A program made the translations under genes and the position numbers. From an uncultured Acidobacteriota bacterium (GTDB lineage Bacteria; Acidobacteriota; Thermoanaerobaculia; Multivoradales; UBA5704), in the NCBI GenBank assembly GCA_963770895.1, contig CAVYRF010000002.1, forward strand, positions 96,001 through 160,000: a stretch of DNA of 64,000 nt, given 5' to 3'. Below the pieces are notes generated by a model. It was not told where the DNA came from. It searched no databases and was given only the letters and a program-made list of their open reading frames with translations. Positions 36,510 to 45,446 of the stretch are shown here, piece by piece. Each line of letters starts with the position of its first letter. The stretch's first letter is position 1.

Positions 36510-36536
36510 GCGCTCCCGGCGGCGGGCCGGGAGCGC
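36510..36536. terminator. Hairpin between convergent genes
   Basis: 11-bp perfect stem gcgctcccggc / gccgggagcgc. Confidence 0.55.
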
Positions 36537-36623
36537 AGGCGTCCAGCGTCAATATCATTTGCCCCCGAGCCGCTGGCGCCGGCGCCTGGCTGGCGGGGCG
36601 CCCGGCGGCAGCGGCGGGCCGGC

Positions 36624-38918
36624 TTAGCGGTGTGCCAGGCTGCAGGACTGCAGGACCAGGCGCAGGCGCGGATGCGGCGACTCGACGCTCGCGTCGAGCG
36701 ACGCCCGGTCGCAGTTGGCGAGCGGGTCCAGCACCGTCTCCCAATCGCGCCACAGCGCGACTTCGCCGCGGGATGCCAAAGGGAAGTCCTCGACGAATTT
36801 GCGGATGCGGCTGACCAGGCGATAGGCGCCCGCCGGGTCCAACCAGACTCCCAGGGAGAGATCCTCCCCGGCCCCCTCCACCGCCGCACCGCCCCCCCCA
36901 GGCATGGGCGGTAAGGCGGCCCCCGACACCCTCGCCCCTCCTGCCGTTGGCGCACCGCCGCCCGTCACGCCTGCCGTGACCGCACCAGCACCCGCCGCGC
37001 CTGCCGTTGCCGCACCCCGGCCAACCGCGCCTGCCGTTGCCGCACCCCGGCCAACCGCGCCTGCCGTTGCCGCACCCCGGCCAACCGCGCCTGCCGTTGC
37101 CGCACCCCGGCCAACCGCGCCTGCCGTTGCCACACCACCGCCCGGCGCGTCCGCCGTTGCCGCACCGCGGCCCGCCACCCCTGCCGTTGCCGCGCCACCA
37201 CCCGATTCCCCTGCTGCCGCCGGCCGGCCAGCGGCCGGCGACCCCGCCGCGGTGGCGCCGCCGCCCGGCGCCCAGCCGGCGGCGGGCACCGGCGGCACCA
37301 GTGCCGCCAGGCGCGGGGCGAGCGCCGTCGCCTGGCGCAGGCTGGCGGCATCCAGCGCGACGACGTGCCAGCCGGCGACGTCGGCCGACGGCATGTGGCC
37401 GCTGAAGAAGCGGAACACGCTTTCGGCCGGCAGGTGCCAGCGCTGCGCCGGCGCGACGTTGAACACGGCGAGGCCCGGCAGATCCCCCAGCGACGTCAGG
37501 CGTGAACCGCCGGTTTCGAAGAGGGCCATCGCCGCCGGCGGCAGCCGGCGCAACGACGCGGCGGGCGCGCCCGGCGTGCCCGGCGCGGCGCCGCCGGTCC
37601 GTGGGGATGCCGGCGGCACCGGCCCCCCCAACGTCCCGGGTCTGGCCGCCGGGCCGCCCGCCTGCGGGGATCCTGAGCCGACCGCCGGGCCGCCCGGCTT
37701 CGGGTAGCCCGCCTCCGGCTCTCCCTTTGGTGGGGGCGCGCCCGCCCATCTGTCGGCCCCGGCCTGGCCGCCGGACGGGTCGGCCGTGCCGCCGCGACGC
37801 CGGCGCCCCGACGCGCGGGGCGGGGCGCCGTTGGACGGAAAGAGGATCTCGGGCATGGCGTTGCTGGGCACGGCCGACCCGTCGGGCGCCGCGTCCCCCT
37901 CCAGCGCGGAGGCAGCCGCCGAGGGCGCCGCCCCCTCCGCCTTCCAACCCGGTCCGACGGCGACCAGCAAGGTGGCGGCGCCCGCCGAGGCGACCCCCGG
38001 CAATGTCGCCGCGGAGGCTGCCCCCGGCGCCCCCCCGGCCAGCGCCAATACCAGGTCGGCGTCCTGGCGGGTCAGCGTGTAGTACCCGGTCGGGATCTGC
38101 AGCCGCTCGCCGCGCCAGTGCACCACCGCCAGGCTTTCGGGCAACTCCGGCAGCCCGCCGCCAGCACTCCCGGCATCGCCGGCACCGCCGGCAGCACCGG
38201 CCGGGTCGGCACCGGGGCGGCGCGGCGGCGGCACCGCGCTGCCGGCGGCGACGTTCCACAGGCGCCCGTCCCAGGCGACGCGCATGCGGCCGGCGGCGCC
38301 GCCGGCGAGCCAGGGATTGCCGGCCAGGTGGCCGGCCAGCTTCGCCACCACCGCCAGCGACGGATAGATGCGCGCCGCCAGACGCATCCGGCCGCCCGCC
38401 AGATCCGCGCAAGCCGTCAGCTCGCTGGCCGGCGGCACCTCGAACGGCCCGAAGGCGGGCACCTCCAGCGGCTCGGCCGCCTTGCCGCCGGCCGCGGCGG
38501 CGCCGCTTTCGGCGCCGTGGGCGAGCCGCGCCGCGGCGGCGATCACCTCCGGCAGGTCGCCTACCGCCGCGGCCAGGACGCCCAGGTTCTGGTGCGGATA
38601 GGGGATCCAGACGCAGACGTCATAGGCGCCGCCCGCCAGCAGCTCCCGCGGCCCGATCGGCCTGTCGCCGTCGCCCACCTGGGCACCGCCCGCCGAGGGC
38701 ACCGCCTCGCCTGCCGCGGGCACCGCACCCCTCGCCGTCTGGCCGGCATTGCCCTGCACACCGCCGGCTCCGACCCCGGCCCCGGCCGGCGGCAGCTGTG
38801 CCGCCGCCACCTGGTCGAGCCGCGGCGCCACCGCGCGCTCGCGCGGCAGGTACCAGTACGCCACGTGGGCCGCCGTCAACACCAGCAGCACCAGGACCGC
38901 CCAGGTGGTCCGCTTCAT
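36624..38918 (-). CDS. Membrane-anchored hypothetical protein with long Gly/Ala/Pro insertions
   Basis: N-terminal TM helix, ordered segments separated by low-complexity inserts, ATGA-coupled to the upstream GT. Confidence 0.75.
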   Translation of the reverse strand: MKRTTWAVLVLLVLTAAHVAYWYLPRERAVAPRLDQVAAAQLPPAGAGVGAGGVQGNAGQTARGAVPAAGEAVPSAGGAQVGDGDRPIGPRELLAGGAYDVCVWIPYPHQNLGVLAAAVGDLPEVIAAAARLAHGAESGAAAAGGKAAEPLEVPAFGPFEVPPASELTACADLAGGRMRLAARIYPSLAVVAKLAGHLAGNPWLAGGAAGRMRVAWDGRLWNVAAGSAVPPPRRPGADPAGAAGGAGDAGSAGGGLPELPESLAVVHWRGERLQIPTGYYTLTRQDADLVLALAGGAPGAASAATLPGVASAGAATLLVAVGPGWKAEGAAPSAAASALEGDAAPDGSAVPSNAMPEILFPSNGAPPRASGRRRRGGTADPSGGQAGADRWAGAPPPKGEPEAGYPKPGGPAVGSGSPQAGGPAARPGTLGGPVPPASPRTGGAAPGTPGAPAASLRRLPPAAMALFETGGSRLTSLGDLPGLAVFNVAPAQRWHLPAESVFRFFSGHMPSADVAGWHVVALDAASLRQATALAPRLAALVPPVPAAGWAPGGGATAAGSPAAGRPAAAGESGGGAATAGVAGRGAATADAPGGGVATAGAVGRGAATAGAVGRGAATAGAVGRGAATAGAVGRGAATAGAAGAGAVTAGVTGGGAPTAGGARVSGAALPPMPGGGGAAVEGAGEDLSLGVWLDPAGAYRLVSRIRKFVEDFPLASRGEVALWRDWETVLDPLANCDRASLDASVESPHPRLRLVLQSCSLAHR
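36995..37135. repeat. 30-bp in-frame tandem repeat (ccgcgcctgccgttgccgcaccccggccaa) encoding GAATAGAVGR
   Basis: Four identical units plus degenerate flanking copies. Confidence 0.95.
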
Positions 38919-40516
38919 CGCCCACCTCGCCGGCCCCGGCGACCCCGGAGATCCCTGCGATCGTCGCCGCCAGCCTCGGTCCAGCCCGCGGCACCGTCCA
39001 TCATGTTGCCTTTGGCGCCGCGGCCGGCGCCGCCAGCGCCGCCGCCTCCTCCACCGCCACGGACGCCTCCACCGCCACCGACACCTCCACCGCCACCGAC
39101 GCCGCCATCGCCACCGGCACTTCCATCACCGCCTGCACTTCCATCGCCGCCCGCGCTGCCGATGGTTTCGACCAGCGGCTGCGCCACCGCCGCCAGCAGC
39201 TCGTCGTCGTCTTCGCCCACGCCCAGGTCGCACAGCTCGGCGCTGACCTCCCGCACCAGGTCGGCGGCCACGTCGTCGGCGGCATAGGGGGCCAGCGGCG
39301 GCAGGGCGCGGAAGGGCGCCGCCCCCGTCTGCACGACGTCGGACAGCACCCTGGCGTAGCCGCGCGCCGAGCTTTCCAGGTCGTGGTGGGCGGCGGCGTA
39401 GCGGCGAGCGTTCTCGCCCAGGGCGGCGACCAGCGCGGGGTCGGCTTCCAGGCGCTCCAGGCAGGCCAGCAGCAGATCGTCTTCCAGGGCGCCAAGGTCG
39501 ATCTGGACGCAGGCGCCTTCCGGGATCTCGGCAAAGGCTCCCACCCGGCTGACGATCACCGCCTTGCCCATGCCGAGCAGGCGAATCAGCGTGCCGGACG
39601 TTTCGCCGGCGGTGGGATAGCGCAGGTTCACCGCCACGTCCGCCGCGGCCATGTGGCGCAGAAAATCGTCCAGGCCGACGCGGCCGGTCACCTGCACGCC
39701 CTGCATCAGCTCGGGCGGCGCCACCGCCGCCAGGTCGAAGTGCGGCGACACCTCGCCGACCAGCATCAGGACCGCCCGCGGCGCGCGCCGGCGCAGGCGC
39801 GCGAAGGCGCGCAGCACCACCTGCGGCCGCTTGGCGGCGGTGACAAAGCCGAACGAGGCGACGACGAAGGCGTCGCCGGCCAACCCCAAGGCGGCGCGCG
39901 CCGCGGCGCGGTCGGGCGGCGGCGCCGCGCCCAGGCTCAGGTGATGCGGCACGACGGCGACCCGCGCCAGCGGCCGGCTGGCGAGCACGCGCCGGCGGGT
40001 GAAGTCGTTGTGCACCAGCAGGGCGCAGCTGCGGTCGACCACCCGTTCGAACAGCGGGTAGCTCCACGGATCGAGCGGCACGCCGGTCGCCAGGCAGCGC
40101 CGGGCCACGGCTTCGCCGCTCATGCCGTAGGCATAGCGCATCTCCCGCACGTAGGCTGCCGCGTCGCCGGCCATCAGAGTCAGATCGCGCACCAGGTGGT
40201 GCAGCACGAACTCGTGCAGCACCACGACACCCGGATGCGCGAGCAGTGCATGGTAGATGCCCGCGTGGTAGTCGCGGTTGTTGCCCAGCTGGTAGAGCAC
40301 GGCGTCGAAGCGTCCCGCCGCGGCCAGCCCGGCAAAGGCCCGCTCGGCATGCGCCGGCAGGCCGGCCAGCTCCGCCGCGGCGCCGGCGGCGCGCCAGCCG
40401 TCGGGCACGATCAGCTCGACGTCCACGTGGCGCGCCAGCGCCGGCAGCAGCTCGGCGCTGTAGTCGGCGATGCCGGAACGCGACGGCGGCAGCGGGCTCC
40501 AGCAGGCGACGCGCAT
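38915..40516 (-). CDS. Glycosyltransferase family 4
   Basis: SPLPPSRSGIADYS, YQLGNN, VVLHE, FGFVTAAKR, LRYPTAGETSG. Confidence 0.9.
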   Translation of the reverse strand: MRVACWSPLPPSRSGIADYSAELLPALARHVDVELIVPDGWRAAGAAAELAGLPAHAERAFAGLAAAGRFDAVLYQLGNNRDYHAGIYHALLAHPGVVVLHEFVLHHLVRDLTLMAGDAAAYVREMRYAYGMSGEAVARRCLATGVPLDPWSYPLFERVVDRSCALLVHNDFTRRRVLASRPLARVAVVPHHLSLGAAPPPDRAAARAALGLAGDAFVVASFGFVTAAKRPQVVLRAFARLRRRAPRAVLMLVGEVSPHFDLAAVAPPELMQGVQVTGRVGLDDFLRHMAAADVAVNLRYPTAGETSGTLIRLLGMGKAVIVSRVGAFAEIPEGACVQIDLGALEDDLLLACLERLEADPALVAALGENARRYAAAHHDLESSARGYARVLSDVVQTGAAPFRALPPLAPYAADDVAADLVREVSAELCDLGVGEDDDELLAAVAQPLVETIGSAGGDGSAGGDGSAGGDGGVGGGGGVGGGGGVRGGGGGGGAGGAGRGAKGNMMDGAAGWTEAGGDDRRDLRGRRGRRGGR

Positions 40517-40534
40517 GTCAGCGGGCCGCGGCGC

Positions 40535-41575
40535 TCACGCGGTCAAGCGCGCGACCACCTGGTCCCAGGCGATCTCGCGCACCTTCTGCTGGCCGGCCGC
40601 ACCCAGGACGCGCCCCTCCGCGCGGTCGCGGAACAGGCGGTCCAGGCGCGCCGCCAGCTCGCGCGGCGCGTCGGCGGCGCAGACAAAACCGTTCACGCCA
40701 TCTTCGACGAACTCCAGCACGCCGCCGGCGTCGGCCGTGGTGACCACCGGCTTGCCGGCCTTGAACGCCTCGACGGTGACGTAGCCGTAGTCCTCGTCGT
40801 AGGGGGCGAAAAACACGCCGCAGGCGCCGGCGAACTGCTCGACCACCGCGGCGTCGTCCACCCAGCCCAGCAGCTGCACGCGCTCGGCGACCCCCAGGCG
40901 CGCCGCCAGCTCCAGCAGCGCCTCGCGTTCGGGGCCGGTGCCGGCGATGCGGCAGCACACCGCGGTCTCGGTGTGCCGCAGCGCCTTGATCAGCAGGTCG
41001 AAGCGCTTCATCCGGTCGAGCCTGCCGATCGAGAACACGTAGTCGCCGAACTCACCCGCACGGTAGGGCAGCCGCGGCGGCGGGTAGAGCACCTGCGCCT
41101 CGACCTGGTTGTGGCGTTGCAGGCGGTCGGCGACGTTGCGCGAGATGGCGAACACCGCGCGCGCCTCGGCGAGCGTGCGCCGGTCCATGTCGCGCACCAT
41201 CGCCATCACCCGCTGGTCGCGCGGCTCCTGCGGCGCGAAATCGCTGTGGCGGGTACCGTACAGGTCGTAGATCTGGCGCAGCTGGTGCACCAGCCAGACC
41301 ACCTTGTTGGGGTGTTTGACCAGGTAGGACGGGAAGCGCGTGGCGATGACGCGGTCGATCCGCCTGCCCTGCGACGCGCGCAGGTCGATCAGCCGCCACG
41401 CCAGGCACCCCTTGAGCAGCTCCACCCGCGTCGGCCATTCGAACGGCAGCGTCACCACGTCCACTTCATGGCCGCGCGCCCGCAGCTCGTCGCGCAGCGA
41501 GGCCACCAACATCTCGGCACCGCCGTGGGCAAACGGCACCTGGGCGCCGCAGATGCAGATGCGCTGGCCGCTCAA
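40535..41575 (-). CDS. Glycosyltransferase family 4
   Basis: VPFAHGGAE, IGRLDRMKR, EDYGYVTVEA. TTG start overlapping the upstream stop. Confidence 0.92.
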   Translation of the reverse strand: MSGQRICICGAQVPFAHGGAEMLVASLRDELRARGHEVDVVTLPFEWPTRVELLKGCLAWRLIDLRASQGRRIDRVIATRFPSYLVKHPNKVVWLVHQLRQIYDLYGTRHSDFAPQEPRDQRVMAMVRDMDRRTLAEARAVFAISRNVADRLQRHNQVEAQVLYPPPRLPYRAGEFGDYVFSIGRLDRMKRFDLLIKALRHTETAVCCRIAGTGPEREALLELAARLGVAERVQLLGWVDDAAVVEQFAGACGVFFAPYDEDYGYVTVEAFKAGKPVVTTADAGGVLEFVEDGVNGFVCAADAPRELAARLDRLFRDRAEGRVLGAAGQQKVREIAWDQVVARLTA

Positions 41576-42123
41576 CCCTGTCGCCCCTGGCCGGCCGGCG
41601 CCGCCGGCGGCGTGGTCGGATCGCCGCCGGCCGCAACCGGCGCCGCCACCGCCCCGCGCGCCGCCTCCAGCTGCGTCAGCCGCGCCGCCAGCAGCCGCGT
41701 CTCGCGCACCACCCGCTCCTCGGCTTCGGCAAGCTCCTGCAGCAGCCGCCCGGCAGCCTGGTTGAAGGCGTTCTGCTGCGCCAACACCGGCCGCATGAAC
41801 CACTTGAGGAAGAGGTGGAAGAACGCCTTGCGCACGAAGACGATCAGCGAGCCCCAGCGCGGCCGGTGCGAAAAGGCGACCGGCTCCTGGACGTATTCGC
41901 ACGACTTGACCGCCAGCAGCCCCTGCGCCAGCGCCGTCACCCCGCCGCCACCGCTCCCGCCGACAGCACCGTAATCGCCGACGCCCCCGATCGTCGCCAC
42001 CTCGGCCTGGCGCTGCCGCACGCCCGAACGCAGCTGCTGCAGCGTCTCCGCCACCCGCGGGTCGAGCTCGCCAGACTCCGCCCCGCCGCCAGCCTGGCCG
42101 CCATCCGCCGCCGCCGCGCTCAT
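41572..42123 (-). CDS. Hypothetical coiled-coil protein of the glycosylation cluster
   Basis: SHRP..G..IVFVRK...QQNAFN motif followed by a coiled coil. Coupled to the downstream GT. Confidence 0.75.
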   Translation of the reverse strand: MSAAAADGGQAGGGAESGELDPRVAETLQQLRSGVRQRQAEVATIGGVGDYGAVGGSGGGGVTALAQGLLAVKSCEYVQEPVAFSHRPRWGSLIVFVRKAFFHLFLKWFMRPVLAQQNAFNQAAGRLLQELAEAEERVVRETRLLAARLTQLEAARGAVAAPVAAGGDPTTPPAAPAGQGRQG

Positions 42124-42157
42124 CGCCGTCGTCGCCCTCGCCGCATGTCGCGTTGCA

Positions 42158-43912
42158 TCAGGGCGGCCCTTCGAAGCCCAGAAAGACGCCCAGGTTGCGG
42201 TCGTCCGAGCTCTTGGAGTCGCGGTGCGCCGGCACCACGCCGGCGCTCGACGTCAGCACGAACCGGTAGAAGTACTCATGCGGCGCGTCGGGGAAGAAAC
42301 CCAGGTCGCGCGCCGCCGGCGCCAGCGGCAGCTCGACCGGCGTTCCCTGGCGCTTGGCGTCGGAGTCGAAGCGCACGCGCACCGTGGCGCCGCCGCTGGT
42401 CAGCGTCAGCTCGTTGATGTCGGACAGCGAATAGGCGGTGAAGCGCAGGCTGGCGACCGGCTCGGGCGACACCACCACCACCTCGGAGCGCGAGGCCCCC
42501 CGCACCCACACCCCGCGCGGATGGTGCTCGTCGGCGTAGAAGTTCTGCTTCGGCACCACCCAGACGCCGCCCGGAAACGCCGCCAGCTGGTAGCCGGGGA
42601 TCTGGTGCAGCAGCGTCAGCTCCAGCGGCAGCGCCTGGAAGGCCCGCCCGCGCACGTGCGCCTGCAGGCTGGGCGCCGGCGCCAGCTGCATCAGCGGCAC
42701 CGCCACCGCCGCCGCCGTCCACAGCCCCGCGGCGACGAACGGCAGCAGCAGGCTGCGCCGCGCCGTGATGCGCCCGGGCAGGAACAGCAGCGCCGGATAG
42801 ATGCCGGCAAAATAGCGGTTGCCCAGAAACCCCATGCCGCCCTGGTAGTTGTTGGGCCGCATCACGAACAGCACCAGGCAGTAGGCGGCCAACGCCGCCA
42901 GCAGCAGGTTGCGCGAGCGGTCCTTGGGCCCCGCCAGGTAGAGGCCGACGGTGAAGAGAGCGAAGGGGAAATACGGCAGCAGCCCGGTGTGGCGGCCAAA
43001 CACGAAGTAGCCGGCGTCGTACAGCAGCATGCGCGGCGTCGTCTCGACCCCCAGCGCCGACCACGAACCGAAGCTGGTGCCGCGGTACAGGGCCCAGAAG
43101 TCCTTCGGGCTCTCGTACGGATACTCGCTGTTGAACGACCGCCGCTGCACGCCGCGGTAGGGGCTGAAGGTGCCGGTCAGGTGGCGCTGCGCGGCAAACA
43201 GCAGCGCCAGCGCCAGCAGCGCCGGCGCCGCCAGGGCGAGCAGCCCGCGCCACCGCCGCTGCCACGCCAGGTCCACCGCGATCGGCGCTCCCAAGAGCAC
43301 CGACGGCTCCTTCGAAGCGAAGGCGGCGACCAGCAGCAGGCCGGCGAACCCCATCAGCAGGTGCTCGCGGCGCCCCCACTCCTGCCGCCGCCGCGCCACC
43401 TGCCAGGCGAGCAGCGCAAAAAAGCCGCACGCCATGTCGAAGACTTCCGGCTGCAGCCAGAAGACGTAGCCGAACGCCGCCGAAGCGAAGAAGAAGCCGC
43501 CCAGGTAGAGGCCGACGTGGCCGCTCTGGTCGCGCCAGAACCACCACGCCGCCCACAGCATGGCCAGAAACAGCGCCATGTTGAAGATCACCATCCCCTG
43601 CACGCCGAACATCGCGTAAAACGGCACCGCCGCCAGCGGATAGATGAAGGGCTTGCCGTAGCGCAGGGTCTTGCCGCCGTCGCGCGTCGACAGGATGAGG
43701 CCGTTGGGGCCGTTGTCCCAGACCGCGTAGGCGCGGTCCAGGTCGCGCTTGTCGAAAGCCAGGTCGTGGTCGTGCCACAGACTTTGCGTCATCAGCACGT
43801 ACGCCGGCTCGTCGGCGATCGGACCGGGAGGGAAGTGGATCTTGTAGACCGTGCCGGCAAGCCCCAGCAGCAGCACAGACACACACACGGCGGAAAGGGT
43901 TCGCGAGGACAT
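42158..43912 (-). CDS. Multi-TM membrane protein, GT-C fold-like
   Basis: ADEPAY after the first TM helix, many TM segments, GNRYF loop. Confidence 0.8.
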   Translation of the reverse strand: MSSRTLSAVCVSVLLLGLAGTVYKIHFPPGPIADEPAYVLMTQSLWHDHDLAFDKRDLDRAYAVWDNGPNGLILSTRDGGKTLRYGKPFIYPLAAVPFYAMFGVQGMVIFNMALFLAMLWAAWWFWRDQSGHVGLYLGGFFFASAAFGYVFWLQPEVFDMACGFFALLAWQVARRRQEWGRREHLLMGFAGLLLVAAFASKEPSVLLGAPIAVDLAWQRRWRGLLALAAPALLALALLFAAQRHLTGTFSPYRGVQRRSFNSEYPYESPKDFWALYRGTSFGSWSALGVETTPRMLLYDAGYFVFGRHTGLLPYFPFALFTVGLYLAGPKDRSRNLLLAALAAYCLVLFVMRPNNYQGGMGFLGNRYFAGIYPALLFLPGRITARRSLLLPFVAAGLWTAAAVAVPLMQLAPAPSLQAHVRGRAFQALPLELTLLHQIPGYQLAAFPGGVWVVPKQNFYADEHHPRGVWVRGASRSEVVVVSPEPVASLRFTAYSLSDINELTLTSGGATVRVRFDSDAKRQGTPVELPLAPAARDLGFFPDAPHEYFYRFVLTSSAGVVPAHRDSKSSDDRNLGVFLGFEGPP

Positions 43913-43958
43913 GGGGGCAAGGATCTTGAGGCCGTAAAGATACACTCTTCCCCCGACC

Positions 43959-45446
43959 ATGGCGATTTCGCACCCCTCCCCGCGCGGCACGCCGCACCCC
44001 CCCGGCCTGCCGCGCCGGCTGCTGCGCGCCGCCCGGCGCTGCGCCTCGCCGCGCCGGCTGGCCGCCACCGCCGCCTTCGGCGCCGCCCTGGTGCGCGACA
44101 TTCGCCGCCGGCGCCGCGATCCGCGCCTGACCGTCGCCGTCGACATCGATTCGCTCTACGAGACCTTGACCGGCGTCGGCTGGTACCTGTACCAGATCCT
44201 GGCCCACCTGGCCGACCGCGACGACGTCGCCCTCCGTCTCTACGGCCAGCGCCTGACGCCCGTCGCCGCGCGCGCCCCGGTCGTGCCGCTGCCGGCCGGC
44301 CCGGCGATCGAGCACGTCACCTACCAGGCCCCCGACGGGCTGGTGGTGCCGCCCTGGCGGGCGAACCAGCTGCTCGGCCGCGCCGCGCCGCTGCTCGTGG
44401 CGGCCGACCGCAACCGCGTGCTGTTCGGCCCCAACTACCTGCTGCCGCCGCTGTTCCGCTTCGCCGGCGGGGCGCGGGTGGTGACCGTGCACGACCTGGT
44501 GGTGCGGCGGCTGCCGGGAGCCGTGCGCCCCGACACCGCGCGGGCGCTGGCCGCCAACCTGGACCGGACGCTGTTCGACGCCGACCTGCTGCTCACCCCC
44601 AGCGACGCGGTGGCGCAGGAGCTGATCGCCGAAGGCGTCGCGCCCGCCCGCGTGCGCCCCATCCACCACGGCCCCGGCAACCTGACGCCGATGGCGCCCG
44701 CCGCGCCCGCGGCCGCGCCGGTGCTGGACCCCGACGCGACCACCAACCTGCAGTGGGATGCCGCCAAGCTCAACGCCATGGCTGCAGCCGGCGCGGCCGG
44801 CGCTTCCGGCGCGATCGGCGCCACCGGAGCGACTGACGCGACCGGCTCGGCGGCGCCGGCCGCCGAGCCGCCAACGCCGCCGTCACCGCCCCCCGGCACG
44901 CCGCCCAGCTACGGCCTCTTTGTCGGCACGCTCGAACCGCGCAAAAACCTGGGCACCCTGCTGGCCGCCTGGCGGCAGCTGCGCCAGCAGGGCGCGACGC
45001 CGCCGCTCGTCGTCTGCGGGCCGCAAGGGTGGCGGGCCGCCGCCCTGCGCCGCGAGCTGGCGCAGGCCCAAAGCGAGGGCTGGCTGTGGTACCCGGGCTA
45101 CGTCACGCCGCAGGAGCTTGCCGCGCTCTACCGCGGCGCGACGGTCGTGGCCCTGCCCTCGCTCTACGAAGGCTTCGGCCTGCCCGCCCTGGAGGCGATG
45201 GCAGCCGGCGCGCCGCTCGTGCTATCCGACCTGCCGGTCTTCCACGAGGTGGCGGACGACGCGGCGCTCTACGCGCCGGCGACGCGGACCGACCTCTGGC
45301 GCGAGCGGCTGCGCCAGGTGCTGGACGACGCCGACCTGCGCGCCGACCTGGCCCGGCGGGGGCGGCTGCGCGCCGCCCGTTTCGACTGGCGGCAGGCGGC
45401 CGCCGCAACCCGTGATGCGTGGCGTGACGCGGCCGCCCGTGACTGA
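43959..45446 (+). CDS. Glycosyltransferase family 4 (MtfB/WbaZ-like)
   Basis: TGVGWY, TVHDL, VGTLEPRKN, EGFGLPALEAMA. Confidence 0.92.
   Translation: MAISHPSPRGTPHPPGLPRRLLRAARRCASPRRLAATAAFGAALVRDIRRRRRDPRLTVAVDIDSLYETLTGVGWYLYQILAHLADRDDVALRLYGQRLTPVAARAPVVPLPAGPAIEHVTYQAPDGLVVPPWRANQLLGRAAPLLVAADRNRVLFGPNYLLPPLFRFAGGARVVTVHDLVVRRLPGAVRPDTARALAANLDRTLFDADLLLTPSDAVAQELIAEGVAPARVRPIHHGPGNLTPMAPAAPAAAPVLDPDATTNLQWDAAKLNAMAAAGAAGASGAIGATGATDATGSAAPAAEPPTPPSPPPGTPPSYGLFVGTLEPRKNLGTLLAAWRQLRQQGATPPLVVCGPQGWRAAALRRELAQAQSEGWLWYPGYVTPQELAALYRGATVVALPSLYEGFGLPALEAMAAGAPLVLSDLPVFHEVADDAALYAPATRTDLWRERLRQVLDDADLRADLARRGRLRAARFDWRQAAAATRDAWRDAAARD

Noticed and set aside
37502-41974. 1490-aa plus-strand ORF and many other long Arg/Pro/Ala-rich ORFs in the track
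   Set aside because: They are antisense or off-frame shadows of real genes; stop codons are rare at this GC content and they contain no domain motifs.
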